Source of the DNA: Alphaproteobacteria bacterium
GTDB taxonomy: Bacteria > Pseudomonadota > Alphaproteobacteria > UBA6615
Length of the DNA: 64,000 nucleotides
Direction: 5' to 3'
NCBI GenBank assembly: GCA_038131445.1
Contig: JAYPPL010000010.1
Span: 234,683 to 298,682, forward strand
Shown here piece by piece: positions 27,837 to 38,455 of the stretch (position 1 is its first letter; every line of letters starts with the position of its first letter). Below the pieces are notes generated by a model. The model did no database searches and was not told where the DNA came from. It was given only the letters and a program-made list of their open reading frames with translations. The translations under genes were made by a program, and so were the position numbers.

Positions 27837-29978
27837 ATGACCGCAGCCCCCGTCGCGGAAATCCGGGCGGATGCGCCCAACCGGTTTATCAACCGGGAGC
27901 TGTCCTGGCTGGCGTTCAACGAGCGTGTGCTGGAAGAGGCGGAGAATGCCATCCACCCGCTGCTAGAGCGACTGCGGTTTCTTTCGATCTCGGCATCGAA
28001 CCTGGACGAGTTCTACATGGTCCGCGTTGCGGGCCTGAAAGGACAGGTGGCGGCCGGTGTCTCAACCCCCAGTCAGGAGGGTATGTCGCCGGGCGAACAG
28101 CTCGCCGCGATCAATAAGCGCGCCGGGTTGTTGATGGACGAGCAGCAGCGTATCTGGCGCGCGCTGCGCACGGAACTGCGCGACAATGACGTCGCCGTGA
28201 TCGACCCGGGCGAGCTGACGAGCGACGAGACCGAATGGCTCGAAGCCCGGTTCATGTCCCAGATTTTCCCGGTTCTTACGCCCCTGGCTGTCGATCCGGC
28301 CCACCCGTTCCCGTTTATCCCGAACCTCGGCCTCGCGCTGGCGCTGGAATTGTACCGGGCCTCCGACAACCGCGCGATGATCGGCCTTCTGCCGCTGCCC
28401 GGCCAGATCGAACGCTTCATCCGGCTGCCCGATGACCGACCCCGATTCATCCTGCTGGAGCATTGTGTGGGATTGTTCCTCGACCGGCTGTTCCCGGGCT
28501 TCGAGGTTCACGGCAAGGGAACCTTCCGGGTCATCCGGGACAGTGACATCGAGATCCTCGAGGAAGCTGAAGACCTCGTGCGGCTGTTCGAAAGCGCGCT
28601 CAAACGCCGCCGACGCGGATCGGTGATCCGACTGACCTTCGACCAGGAAATGCCGGAGAGCCTGCGCAAGTTCGTTACGGACGAGAGCGATATCGACGCG
28701 CGTGACGTTTTCGTCCTCGAAGGACTGCCGGGCCTCGACCGAACCAGCGAGCTCATTATCGACGAGCGCCGGGATTTGCTGTTCCAGCCCTTCAATATCC
28801 GCTTCCCGGAGCGGATCCGCGACTTCGCGGGCGACTGCTTCGCAGCGATCCGAGCTAAGGACATCGTGGTCCACCACCCGTTTGAATCTTTTGACGTGGT
28901 GGTCCAGTTCCTGCGCCAGGCAGCGCGTGATCCGCAGGTGGTGGCGATCAAGCAGACGCTCTACCGCACATCGGAAGACTCGCCCATCGTGCAGGCGCTG
29001 ATCGAGGCGGCCGAGGCGGGCAAGAACGTCACGGCACTGGTGGAACTGAAGGCGCGCTTCGACGAGGAAGCCAATATCCGCTGGGCGCGCGAACTTGAAC
29101 GCGCAGGCGTTCAGATCGTCTATGGCTTCATCGACCTGAAGACCCACGCCAAGATCAGCCTGGTCCATCGCCGCGAAGGCAACGACCTGCAGAGCTATGT
29201 GCATTTCGGCACCGGCAATTATCACCCGATCACGGCGCGCGTTTACACAGACCTGAGTTACTTCACGCGCGATCCCGTTCTCTGCCGTGATGCCTCGCGG
29301 GTGTTCAACTTTATGACTGGCTACGCTCGGCCCGAAGAGCTGGAGAAGGTCTCGGTCGCGCCGATTAACCTGCGTGAAACCCTGATGAATAACATTGAGG
29401 CCGAGACCGCCCATGCGCAAGCCGGGCGGCCGGCGGAAATCTGGGCCAAGCTGAACAGCCTGGTCGATGGCGACATCATCGACGCGCTCTACCGCGCCTC
29501 TCAGGCCGGCGTGGCGATCCGCCTGGTCATACGCGGTATCTGCTGTCTGCGCCCAGGCGTGCCGGGGCTGAGCGAGAATATCGAGGTCACCAGCATCATT
29601 GGCCGCTTTCTCGAGCATTCGCGCATCTCGGCCTTCGGCAATGGGGAGGCCCTGCCGTCGCCCCAGGCCAAGCTATACATTTCCTCGGCTGACTGGATGC
29701 CCCGCAATCTCGACCGGCGCGTGGAGTCGCTGGTGCCGATCGAGAACGACACGGTTCATCAGCAAATCCTCGACCAAATCATGGTTGCGAATCTGCTTGA
29801 TCGCGCCCAAACGTGGCACATGAGTGCCGATGGCACCTATACCCGGATCGACACGAGTGGCGAGCAGGAACCATTCAGCGCGCACAACTATTTCATGACC
29901 AATCCCAGCCTTTCCGGGCGAGGGAGTGCGCTCAAGAAGCCGGGCAGCGCACCGCAGCTTCTGGCGCACCCAGACTAG
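27837..29978 (+). CDS. ppk: Polyphosphate kinase 1
   Basis: [21 protein letters not shown]-terminus, the THAK(I/V)SLV autophosphorylation His region, and two PLD-like HxK regions. ATG at 27837 was chosen; an alternative GTG lies at 27816. Confidence 0.93.
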   Translation: MTAAPVAEIRADAPNRFINRELSWLAFNERVLEEAENAIHPLLERLRFLSISASNLDEFYMVRVAGLKGQVAAGVSTPSQEGMSPGEQLAAINKRAGLLMDEQQRIWRALRTELRDNDVAVIDPGELTSDETEWLEARFMSQIFPVLTPLAVDPAHPFPFIPNLGLALALELYRASDNRAMIGLLPLPGQIERFIRLPDDRPRFILLEHCVGLFLDRLFPGFEVHGKGTFRVIRDSDIEILEEAEDLVRLFESALKRRRRGSVIRLTFDQEMPESLRKFVTDESDIDARDVFVLEGLPGLDRTSELIIDERRDLLFQPFNIRFPERIRDFAGDCFAAIRAKDIVVHHPFESFDVVVQFLRQAARDPQVVAIKQTLYRTSEDSPIVQALIEAAEAGKNVTALVELKARFDEEANIRWARELERAGVQIVYGFIDLKTHAKISLVHRREGNDLQSYVHFGTGNYHPITARVYTDLSYFTRDPVLCRDASRVFNFMTGYARPEELEKVSVAPINLRETLMNNIEAETAHAQAGRPAEIWAKLNSLVDGDIIDALYRASQAGVAIRLVIRGICCLRPGVPGLSENIEVTSIIGRFLEHSRISAFGNGEALPSPQAKLYISSADWMPRNLDRRVESLVPIENDTVHQQILDQIMVANLLDRAQTWHMSADGTYTRIDTSGEQEPFSAHNYFMTNPSLSGRGSALKKPGSAPQLLAHPD

Positions 29979-30011
29979 TTGTACGCCTCACCCTAAGGCA
30001 GTTTCGCGGCG

Positions 30012-31511
30012 ATGGCCGCCAAATCTGAAAAAGCGAATCGCCGCCCGGCGGCGGTAGTGGATATCGGCTCGAACTCTATCCGTATGGTAGTGTTTCGGGA
30101 CCGTACCCGAGCGCCCGTCGCGGTGTTTAACGAGCGCGTGATCTGTGGGATCGGACGCGACATGGCGCGCACCGGGCGCCTGGATGCCGAAGGTGTGGAG
30201 AAAGCGCTGGTGAATCTGCCGCGCTTCGCAGCTATTGCTCGGTCCATGGACATCGACGATACGGCCATACTGGCGACGGCGGCAACACGAGAGACCGACG
30301 ACGGGCCGCAATTCCTAAAGAAGGTTGAGAAAATCTTTGGCCAGCCGGTCCTGCAGCTCGACGGGGATGAGGAGGCACGTCTTGCCGCCTCCGGCGTCCA
30401 GTGTGGCCTGCCTAACGCGCGCGGGATCGCAGCTGACCTAGGAGGCGGCAGCCTGGAGCTTGCCGCGCTGTCCGCGAGCGAGATAGGAGCCCTCCAAACC
30501 CTGCCGCTGGGCCCGCTGCGCCTGCTGGCGACAGTCGGCAACGAGCGGAGGGATATTGTTGCGACCGTTGACGAGGCGCTCGCTGGCCTCGACTGGCTGC
30601 CAGATGCGGCAAAGGGCGGCGCGATCTATGTCGTGGGCGGTGCCTGGCGTGCGCTCGCGCGGCTGCATATGGTGCAGACCGGCTACCCATTGCGGGTTAT
30701 CCATAACTACCGGATCAGCGGACGCGAGGCGCGCGACTTCTGTGACGTGGTCGCCGGGTTGGGCGCGGAGACGCTAGCGCGCATCGACGTGGTGCCCAAG
30801 GCGCGCGTGACGACCCTTCCCATTGCGGCCGCGGTCCTGCAGCGACTGATTGCTGCCTCGCGAGCCGGCCAGATCGTGTTCTCCGCCCTGGGCATCCGTG
30901 AGGGGCGGCTGTTTGAGACACTGGACAAGCAGCAACGCGCGCGCGATCCCCTTATTGTCGCGTGCGAGCAGTTTTCCGAGCGCGAGAGCCGGTTCACGGG
31001 TATGAGTGCGAGCATCTTTGAATGGATCGCGCCGCTCTTCCCGGATGAACGGTCGGCGGACACCCGCCTGCGGCTGGCCGCATGCCTGCTTGCGGATATC
31101 GGCTGGCACGAGCACCCCGACTATCGCGCCGAGCAGGTCTATTTCCGTATCCTGCGTCTGCCGCTGCTGGCGCTGACCCATGAGGAAAAGACCCGCATCG
31201 CGCTGGCCGTCTATCGCCGCTACGGCGGATCGATGAGTGATCCCTCGCTGCGTACCGCTGACGCTCTGCTGACGGAAGACGACATTGACTGGGCCTGCAA
31301 GCTCGGCGCGGCCCTGCGCGTGGCTGAGACGCTGACGGCGGGCAATGCACGCCTGCTGGAAGGCGCGCAGCTTAAGCTGACGGACGATGAACTGATCCTG
31401 AAAATGGAAAACGGGCACGCCGCACTGTTGGGTGAGGTCGTGCGCAACCGGTTCGGTTCGCTCGCCCGACGCTTCGGTCGCGACGGCCGTATCGAGGGCA
31501 AGGGCCTTTAG
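30012..31511 (+). CDS. ppx: Exopolyphosphatase (Ppx/GppA family)
   Basis: 499 aa. AVVDIGSNSIRMVVF, DLGGGSLEL, and a position immediately after ppk. Confidence 0.9.
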   Translation: MAAKSEKANRRPAAVVDIGSNSIRMVVFRDRTRAPVAVFNERVICGIGRDMARTGRLDAEGVEKALVNLPRFAAIARSMDIDDTAILATAATRETDDGPQFLKKVEKIFGQPVLQLDGDEEARLAASGVQCGLPNARGIAADLGGGSLELAALSASEIGALQTLPLGPLRLLATVGNERRDIVATVDEALAGLDWLPDAAKGGAIYVVGGAWRALARLHMVQTGYPLRVIHNYRISGREARDFCDVVAGLGAETLARIDVVPKARVTTLPIAAAVLQRLIAASRAGQIVFSALGIREGRLFETLDKQQRARDPLIVACEQFSERESRFTGMSASIFEWIAPLFPDERSADTRLRLAACLLADIGWHEHPDYRAEQVYFRILRLPLLALTHEEKTRIALAVYRRYGGSMSDPSLRTADALLTEDDIDWACKLGAALRVAETLTAGNARLLEGAQLKLTDDELILKMENGHAALLGEVVRNRFGSLARRFGRDGRIEGKGL

Positions 31512-32659
31512 TCGAGTTCTACCACTCGGACCTTGCCCTGGCCGGCGGCCAGGGCGATCTCGCCGCGCTTGAGGCGCAGCGCGTCCTCACCGAACAATTC
31601 GCGCCGCCACCCCTTTAGAGCATGGACATCGGCATTGTCGTCAGCGGCGATGGCTTCCAGTTCGGGAACCGTAGCGACAAGCTTCTGGGCCACCTGATGC
31701 CGGTCGCACTTGTACTTCAGAAGTACCTTCAGAAGATCCATCAGCGGGCCTGCGCCGGGCGGAAGTTCCGGCACAGGAGGTAGTTCGGGGGCCTCGTTCG
31801 CGGGCAGGTCGAGCCCATCCTCGATGGCGTCCATGAGGCCGCGGCCCAGCTTGCCCTCGACGAAGCCCTTGGGAATGCCGCGCACTCGTGAGAGCGCCGC
31901 GGGGTTCTCGGGCGGGCGCGCGGCGATCTGGTTGATGACCTCGTCGCGCAGTACTCGGTTGCGGGGCAGGTCGCGGTTCATCGCCTCGCGCTCGCGCCAA
32001 GCAGCGACGGCCTGCAGCACGGCGAGGAAGCGCGGCTGGTTGCGCTTCGGCTTTAGGCGTCGCCAGGCTTCATCGGGGACCACCTCATATTTACCGGGCG
32101 CGGCGAGGGCAATCATCTCCTGCTCGACCCATGCGATACGGCCGTTTTCTTCGATCCGCGCGCGTAGCTTCTCATAGGCCAAGCGCAGATGGGTGACGTC
32201 TGCCAGCGCATATTCGAGCTGGGAGTCTGACAGCGGTCGCGCCGACCAGTCGGTGAAACGGCTCGCCTTGTCGAGGCTCACCTTGGCCAGCTTGGAAATC
32301 AGGCCCTCGTAGCCCACCTGGTCGCCAAATCCCGCCACCATGGCTGCTACCTGGGTGTCGAATAGTGGCTTAGGCGTCACGCCGGCTTCATGGTGGAAAA
32401 TCTCGATATCCTGGGTGGCCGCATGCATGACCTTGAGCACGCCCTCGTCCGCGATCAGGTCATACAGCGGGGACATGTCGATCCCGTCGGCGAGCGGGTC
32501 GATGATCGCCTCGTCCTCAGGGCCGGCAACCTGAACAAGACAGAGCTTCGGCCAGAAGGTGCTCTCGCGCATGAACTCGGTATCGACTGTGATGTAGTCG
32601 GCGTCGCGCAGGCCCTCGCAGAATGCGGCCAGCGCGCCGGAATCCTTAATAACGTTCAT
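31508..32659 (-). CDS. rnd: Ribonuclease D
   Basis: The internal start MNVIKDSGALAAFCEGL at 32659 gives 383 aa. DEDD exonuclease motifs (ITVDTEFMRE, HAATQDIE, YALADVTHL) and an HRDC region are present. Confidence 0.9.
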   Translation of the reverse strand: MNVIKDSGALAAFCEGLRDADYITVDTEFMRESTFWPKLCLVQVAGPEDEAIIDPLADGIDMSPLYDLIADEGVLKVMHAATQDIEIFHHEAGVTPKPLFDTQVAAMVAGFGDQVGYEGLISKLAKVSLDKASRFTDWSARPLSDSQLEYALADVTHLRLAYEKLRARIEENGRIAWVEQEMIALAAPGKYEVVPDEAWRRLKPKRNQPRFLAVLQAVAAWREREAMNRDLPRNRVLRDEVINQIAARPPENPAALSRVRGIPKGFVEGKLGRGLMDAIEDGLDLPANEAPELPPVPELPPGAGPLMDLLKVLLKYKCDRHQVAQKLVATVPELEAIAADDNADVHALKGWRRELFGEDALRLKRGEIALAAGQGKVRVVELD

Positions 32660-32796
32660 GATCGGCGTTTCTACAGGATTTAGGTAGGTGCGGGAAGGCG
32701 GGTGAAACTGTGCCAAGCCTTGACACGACCCCGCGATCCATGGCCATTGGCGCGCGCTGAGATATCCGGCATTTTTCATGAAAATCGAGACCGAAA

Positions 32797-34602
32797 ATGC
32801 ATCCGTACCGATCCCATAACTGCGGCGAATTGCGCGAGGTCCACGCGGGCGAGACCGTACGCCTGTCCGGCTGGGTCCACCGCAAGCGCGACCACGGCAA
32901 CCTGCTGTTCGTGGACCTGCGCGATCCGTTCGGCATCACCCAGTGCGTGGTCGATACCTCCAGCCCTAATTTCACGGCTGTCGAGGGCGCGCGGGTGGAA
33001 TCGGTCCTGACGATCACCGGCCCGGTGGTGAAGCGGACAGACGAAACGGTAAATGACGCCATCCCGACCGGCCGCATCGAGGTGCAGATCGCCGAACTAG
33101 TTGTGGAAAGCCCGGCGGACGTGTTGCCGCTGCAGGTGAACTCGGATGAGGACACGGGCGAGGATATCCGCTTGCGCTACCGCTACCTCGACCTGCGCCG
33201 CGAAAAGGTCGCGCGCAACATCGCGCTGCGCTCGGACGTGATCTCCTCAATCCGCCGCCGGATGATCGAGCAGGGCTTCAAGGAGTTCCAGACGCCGATC
33301 CTGACGGCTTCCTCGCCGGAAGGCGCGCGAGACTACCTGGTGCCGTCACGCCTGCACCCGGGAAAGTTTTATGCGCTTCCCCAGGCCCCGCAGCAGTTCA
33401 AGCAGCTCCTGATGGTCGCGGGTTTCGACAAGTATTTCCAGATCGCGCCGTGTTTCCGTGACGAGGACGCGCGTGCCGACCGCTCGCCGGGCGAATTCTA
33501 CCAGCTCGACTTCGAGATGGCCTTCGCCACGCAGGACGACGTGTTCAACGCCGTCGAGCCGGTGATCGCGGGTGTGTTCGAGGAGTTCGCGGGCTTCAAT
33601 CGGAAGGCGGCGTGGGCCGTCACGCCGACGCCGTTCCCGCGCATCCCCTATGCCGAGGCGCTGCTGAAATACGGCTCCGACAAGCCGGATTTGCGCAACC
33701 CAATAGTCATCGCCGATGTGCCTGAGGTCTTTGCCGGGTCCGACTTCAAGATCTTCGCTGGGCTGGTGGAGAAGGGTGGCACCGTGCGCGCCATTCCCGC
33801 GCCGGGCGCCGCGTCCCAGCCGCGCAGTTGGTTCGACAAGATGAACGACTGGGCGCGCGAGGAAGGCGCGCCGGGCCTCGGCTACATCGTGCTCGAAGGC
33901 GGTGAGGGCAAGGGCCCGATCGCCAAGTTCGTGGCCGGTGACCGGCTCGAGAAACTTAAGGAACTGGCTGGGCTGAAGGAAGGCGATGCCGTGTTCTTCT
34001 CCGCCGGTGACCCCGGTGATGCCGCCGACCTTGCGGGCAAGGCGCGTACCCGCATCGGGCAGGACCTCGGCCTGATCGCCGAGGGCCGCTACGACTTTTG
34101 CTGGATCGTCGATTACCCGATGTACGAGAAGGACACGGACACCGGGAAGATCGAGTTCTCCCACAACCCGTTCTCCATGCCCCAGGGCGAGATGGAGGCG
34201 CTGGAGACCAAGGACCCGCTCGACATCCTCGCCTGGCAGTACGACATCGTCTGTAACGGCGTGGAGCTGTCGTCCGGCGCGATCCGGAACCACCGCCCGG
34301 ACATCATGCTGAAGGCCTTCGAGATCGCGGGCTATGACCGCCAGACGGTCGAGACCGAGTTCGCGGGCATGTTCAACGCCTTCCGCTTTGGCGCCCCGCC
34401 TCATGGCGGCTCCGCCCCGGGCATTGACCGCATCGTGATGCTGATCGCTGACGAGCCGAACATTCGCGAGGTCATTGCCTTCCCGATGAACCAGCGCGCC
34501 GAGGACCTGATGATGGGCGCCCCGGCCGAAGTGGACGACGCGCGGCTCAAGGAACTGCATCTGCGCAAGGTGCTGCCGCCGAATGCCGGCGAGAAGTCCT
34601 GA
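32797..34602 (+). CDS. aspS: Aspartate--tRNA ligase, probably non-discriminating given gatCAB
   Basis: 601 aa. RSHNCGELR, class II motifs [10 protein letters not shown] and [13 protein letters not shown], and the bacterial insertion domain. Confidence 0.97.
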   Translation: MHPYRSHNCGELREVHAGETVRLSGWVHRKRDHGNLLFVDLRDPFGITQCVVDTSSPNFTAVEGARVESVLTITGPVVKRTDETVNDAIPTGRIEVQIAELVVESPADVLPLQVNSDEDTGEDIRLRYRYLDLRREKVARNIALRSDVISSIRRRMIEQGFKEFQTPILTASSPEGARDYLVPSRLHPGKFYALPQAPQQFKQLLMVAGFDKYFQIAPCFRDEDARADRSPGEFYQLDFEMAFATQDDVFNAVEPVIAGVFEEFAGFNRKAAWAVTPTPFPRIPYAEALLKYGSDKPDLRNPIVIADVPEVFAGSDFKIFAGLVEKGGTVRAIPAPGAASQPRSWFDKMNDWAREEGAPGLGYIVLEGGEGKGPIAKFVAGDRLEKLKELAGLKEGDAVFFSAGDPGDAADLAGKARTRIGQDLGLIAEGRYDFCWIVDYPMYEKDTDTGKIEFSHNPFSMPQGEMEALETKDPLDILAWQYDIVCNGVELSSGAIRNHRPDIMLKAFEIAGYDRQTVETEFAGMFNAFRFGAPPHGGSAPGIDRIVMLIADEPNIREVIAFPMNQRAEDLMMGAPAEVDDARLKELHLRKVLPPNAGEKS

Positions 34603-34622
34603 ACCCGAACCAGGGAAAAACC

Positions 34623-35426
34623 ATGAAGATCGACTTGAACGGCGTTGGGTTCCGCTACGAGATCGACGGCAAGGAGGGTGCGCCCTGGATCGTATTCTCC
34701 AATTCGCTGACCACCGATGTGAACATGTGGGATGGCGAGGTCGAGAAACTGAAAGATCGCTACCGCATCCTGCGCTACGACACCCGCGGCCATGGCCAGA
34801 CCGATGCCGCGGCGGGACCGTACAGCCTCGACATGCTGGTCGGCGACGTGATCGCGCTGATGGATAAGGTGGGCGTGAACAAGGCGCACTATGTGGGCCT
34901 GTCGCTGGGTGGGATGACCGGCCTCGGCGTGGCCATCTCCCATGGAGACCGGCTGCTCAGCCTGACAGCCTGCGACGCGCGCTGCTGGGCGCCGCCGGAA
35001 TGGGCCGCGCTGTGGATCGACCGAATGGCGATCGCGCGCGAGAAAAGCATGGAGCCGCTGGTCGAGCCGACCGTCGCGCGCTGGTTCACGGACGGGTTTC
35101 GGGACAATCCGGAGAACGCCGGTGTGTTGGATGATATCCGCCGGATGATCCGGGAGACCTCGGTCGAGGGCTATACCGGTTGCGGCCAGGCCCTGCAGAA
35201 CCTCGATTTCCGCGCGGGCATGGCGTCGATATCCGTCCCAGCCTTGTTTATGACCGGCGCGAGCGACGGCAGCACTCCGCCCGAGGCGTCGCGCGAGATG
35301 CAGGCGCTGGTGCCCGGCTCCAAATGCGTGATCGTCGATCCGGCCTCGCATATCTCGAACATCGAAAACCCGGAACAATTTGACGCGGCGCTATTGGCTC
35401 ATATCGACGCGGTGCACGCGGCCTGA
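34623..35426 (+). CDS. Alpha/beta hydrolase (3-oxoadipate enol-lactonase-like)
   Basis: 267 aa. Nucleophile elbow GLSLGG, RYDTRGHGQT, and the C-terminal catalytic His region ASHISNIENPEQF. Confidence 0.85.
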   Translation: MKIDLNGVGFRYEIDGKEGAPWIVFSNSLTTDVNMWDGEVEKLKDRYRILRYDTRGHGQTDAAAGPYSLDMLVGDVIALMDKVGVNKAHYVGLSLGGMTGLGVAISHGDRLLSLTACDARCWAPPEWAALWIDRMAIAREKSMEPLVEPTVARWFTDGFRDNPENAGVLDDIRRMIRETSVEGYTGCGQALQNLDFRAGMASISVPALFMTGASDGSTPPEASREMQALVPGSKCVIVDPASHISNIENPEQFDAALLAHIDAVHAA

Positions 35427-35542
35427 CCATTTCCCGCTCCCGATTGACCGGGGTCAGCGCACCCGGCAACGTATTATCCGAAACTTCCGGACACGCTGGC
35501 GCCGTGCGCACCGACGCGGTCCGAACTGACGGGAGGCAGACC

Positions 35543-36085
35543 ATGTCCGGCGCCATCAAGCCGCAACTCACCCATGTCGGGCTCCACACCCGCAACATGG
35601 ACACGCAGGTTGAATTCTTCACCAAGGTCTTCGGGCTGACGGTAACCGATGAGGGTACCTTCGGACCGGACAACGGGCGAATAGTGTTCATGTCGGCGAC
35701 GCCGGACGAACACCATCAGTTCGTGCTGTTGGAAGGCGGGCCTGACCCCGATACGCCGCGCGTGTCCCAGCAGATTTCCTTCCTCGTGAACTCGCTCGAC
35801 GAGCTCAAGGAAATGCACGACCGCGTCACCGAGGCGGGCTGCAATGTGGACCGAATGGTCACACACGGTAACGCCTGGTCCTGCTATTTCTTCGACCCCG
35901 AAGGCAATCGGCTGGAGCTCTATACGCACACGCCGTGGCATGTGCCGCAGCCCCACGCGCATCCATTCGACCTATCCAAGCCGGTCGACGAGATCATCGC
36001 CGAGACCGAGGCGCATGTCCGTGAGATCCCCGGGTTTATGCTGGCCCCGGAGCGGCGCGAATACATCTCCAAGGTGATCGGCTAG
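35543..36085 (+). CDS. VOC (glyoxalase/bleomycin resistance/extradiol dioxygenase) family protein
   Basis: The internal start MSGAIKPQLTHVGLHTRNMD at 35543 is preceded by GGGAGG. HVGL...FY..VFGL and the FFDPEGNRLELY motif are present. Confidence 0.8.
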   Translation: MSGAIKPQLTHVGLHTRNMDTQVEFFTKVFGLTVTDEGTFGPDNGRIVFMSATPDEHHQFVLLEGGPDPDTPRVSQQISFLVNSLDELKEMHDRVTEAGCNVDRMVTHGNAWSCYFFDPEGNRLELYTHTPWHVPQPHAHPFDLSKPVDEIIAETEAHVREIPGFMLAPERREYISKVIG

Positions 36086-36420
36086 CCGAGACGAAGATCA
36101 TTTCATTGCTGTGCCAGGCGGTGGCGTCGAACACCGTCGGCATCTCCAGAATGCCGGCTTAGCGGTGCATCCAGATCAGTATCGCGCCGATGGCCCCCAG
36201 GGCGGCCCGCATGAAGAAATGGCGGGACCTCAAGGAGAAGAGCGGCCAGCCGCTCCGGAGGCTGTATCGCCGGTTTTTTGCATTGGTCCGGATGCGTCAC
36301 GAAAGTCCTGTCATGAGACGCATCGCCACGCCGTTACGCGGACCGGCAATCGCGATAGCCTTTGTGGTTTGAGGGACATATATGTTCTGCAGCGTCATAA
36401 ATCAGTTGATGGGGAAATCC

Positions 36421-37401
36421 ATGCGCGCAGCATTCTACAACAAACTCGGTCCGGCTGATGTGATCCAGGTGGGTGAGCAGCCGACGCCTGAACCTGGGCC
36501 TGGCGAGGTACGGGTGAAGCTCGAGGTCTCTGGCGTGAATCCCTCGGACTGGAAGGCCCGCCGGCGCGGGCGTGGCGGCGGCATTCCGTTCCCGTTGATC
36601 ATCCCGCACAGCGACGGCGCGGGTGTGATCGATGCCGTGGGAGACACGGTAGATACCGGCCGGGTCGGCAAGCGCGTCTGGCTGATGAACGGTCAGTGGA
36701 TGCGTCCCTTCGGTACGGCGGCGGAATACATCTGCACGGAATCCAAATACGTCATAGACCTGCCGGATGGTGTTGATATGGCGGAGGCCGCGTGTTTCGG
36801 CATTCCATTCCTCACGGCGCACCGCGCTGTGATGTTCGACGGCGATATCGCCGGTCAGACCGTGATGGTCCAAGGCGGAGCAGGTGCCGTGGGGCACCAT
36901 GCGATCCAGGTGGCGAAGTACAACGGTGCACGAGTTATCACGACCGTCAGCTCGGATGAAAAAGGCGAATATGTGCGCGATGCCGGCGCTGACGAGGTGG
37001 TGAACTACCGTACTGAGGACGTCAACCAGCGTATCCTCGATCTGACCGACGGCAAGGGTGCGGATCGGATTATCGAGCTGAACCTTTCGGCGAATGCGCC
37101 GACCTACGGTCAGATTCTCGCGCCGCGCGGTACGGTCATCATCTATGGGACCGTGGATGGGATGGCGAGCGTTCCTGCCCAGGACTTTATCGTCAAATGG
37201 GCGAACCTGAAGTGGTTCATAGTCTATACGATCTCCGACGCCCAGCGCGACGAGGGCGTGGCGGCACTAAACAAGATGCTCGTCGATGGAGCGCTTAAGA
37301 CGACCATCGCTAAGCATTTTTCGCTGGACGATGTTGTCGCCGCGCACCAGATGGTCGAGGATGCTAAGCATATTGGCAACGTAGTGCTCGATATCGCCTA
37401 G
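36421..37401 (+). CDS. NADPH:quinone oxidoreductase (MDR family), intact paralog of 205..1187
   Basis: Start MRAAFYNKLGPADVIQVGE at 36421 gives 326 aa. GVNPSDWK, the nucleotide-binding GGAGAVGHHAIQ, and TVSSDEKG are present. Confidence 0.9.
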   Translation: MRAAFYNKLGPADVIQVGEQPTPEPGPGEVRVKLEVSGVNPSDWKARRRGRGGGIPFPLIIPHSDGAGVIDAVGDTVDTGRVGKRVWLMNGQWMRPFGTAAEYICTESKYVIDLPDGVDMAEAACFGIPFLTAHRAVMFDGDIAGQTVMVQGGAGAVGHHAIQVAKYNGARVITTVSSDEKGEYVRDAGADEVVNYRTEDVNQRILDLTDGKGADRIIELNLSANAPTYGQILAPRGTVIIYGTVDGMASVPAQDFIVKWANLKWFIVYTISDAQRDEGVAALNKMLVDGALKTTIAKHFSLDDVVAAHQMVEDAKHIGNVVLDIA

Positions 37402-37432
37402 TGCCGAGCTCATGCATTTCACAGCACCTGCG

Positions 37433-37466
37433 GTCACCCGGCGTCGCCTCCGCGACGCAGGGTGAC
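37433..37466 (+). terminator. GC-rich hairpin downstream of the quinone oxidoreductase gene
   Basis: gtcacccggcgtcgc-ctcc-gcgacgcagggtgac, a 15-bp stem with one mismatch. No U tract follows, so its terminator function is uncertain. Confidence 0.35.
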
Positions 37467-37596
37467 TATGCGGACGGCGCGGATGGTTCGTACCCATCGG
37501 TCCGGGCGGGCGCCGTGACCCCGGTGGCAGAAGCGAGCTAGATTTCGACATCAATTTTGCCCTGAATCTGCTCGGTATTTCGGGCAGTATCGGCAC

Positions 37597-38439
37597 GTGA
37601 TGACAGGTTTCAGACAATACTTTATTTACGCTGCGGTCGTGGCTGTGCTTTTTTTCGCCATTCGCCCGGAAGTGCATGCCGCATCCGCCACGCATGCCTC
37701 CCATCGGGCGTTCTACGAGATCAGCATCGGTCACATCGATCAGGGCTCTCCGATCCTTGATGCGCGCGGGCGCATGGTGACCGAATGGCGGCGGGCCTGT
37801 GAAGGCTGGACGACCAGCCAGCGCCTCGCCGTCAGCATGGCGCCAGGTGAGGGTGAACCGATCGATTCCGAAGTGACGCTGAGCAGTTTCGAGAATGCCG
37901 ACGGCACGGAGTATGTTTTTGATTCCGAAACCCGCATCGGCGGAGAGACGGTCGAGCTCGTTCGCGGCCGGGCCGCGCGCGAGGCGCCGGGCAAGGTGGG
38001 CAAGGCGACCTACGAGGAACCGGCCGGGCTGTCACTGGACCTGCCGGCCGATACTGTCTTCCCGGTCGAGCACACGCTGGTGCTGCTCGATGCGGCCGAG
38101 CGCGGGGATCGCCGCGCCTTCAACCACTATTTCGACGGCTCACAGCCGGAGATTTCGCCGCTGGCGTCCAACGCCATGATCCTGGGCAAGCCGCGAGACA
38201 GTACGGACGGCCAGTTTGCGCAGTTCGGAGACCTCACAGCCCGAAGATGGTGGCCGATCCGTCTGGCCATGTTCAACGGCCGCGCAAGTCGTGGCGGTGA
38301 AGAACAGCCGGAGTTCGAAATGACCCAGAACCTCCAGGACAACGGGATCGTGCGTAGCTTCGAGTTTGACTATGGCGATTTCTCTCTGATCGCTTCCATG
38401 GTGGAACTGGAAGAGCTGGATACTCCGCGCTGCGACTGA
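37597..38439 (+). CDS. eipB: EipB-like periplasmic cell-envelope integrity protein (DUF1849)
   Basis: 280 aa with a signal peptide. HRAFYEISI, GRMVTEWRRACEGWT, FENADGTEYVF, and FDYGDFSLIASMVELE match my recollection of Brucella EipB. The internal Cys and the near-C-terminal Cys are both conserved. Confidence 0.75.
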   Translation: MMTGFRQYFIYAAVVAVLFFAIRPEVHAASATHASHRAFYEISIGHIDQGSPILDARGRMVTEWRRACEGWTTSQRLAVSMAPGEGEPIDSEVTLSSFENADGTEYVFDSETRIGGETVELVRGRAAREAPGKVGKATYEEPAGLSLDLPADTVFPVEHTLVLLDAAERGDRRAFNHYFDGSQPEISPLASNAMILGKPRDSTDGQFAQFGDLTARRWWPIRLAMFNGRASRGGEEQPEFEMTQNLQDNGIVRSFEFDYGDFSLIASMVELEELDTPRCD

Positions 38440-38455
38440 GCTAAATCCGGACGTG

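Noticed and set aside
28062-29618. 518-aa ORF antisense to ppk
   Set aside because: Same reasoning: low-complexity composition rich in Arg, Asp and Ala, with no family motifs, opposite a clearly conserved PPK1.
31508-31511. Convergent ppx and rnd stop codons overlap by 4 nt
   Set aside because: The overlap is real but trivial: a tail-to-tail overlap with no room for a terminator. It is noted only as a curiosity.
33346-34560. 404-aa ORF antisense to aspS
   Set aside because: It is a mirror ORF of a universally conserved tRNA synthetase gene and has no independent support.
36103-36300. 65-aa minus-strand ORF, and an alternative frame ending ...FFMRAALGAIGAILIWMHR*, in the VOC-qor spacer
   Set aside because: The listed frame is Pro/Arg-rich nonsense. 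The TM-like alternative frame has no usable start (only 17 codons after its ATG) unless a frameshift is invoked. I could not support either as a gene.
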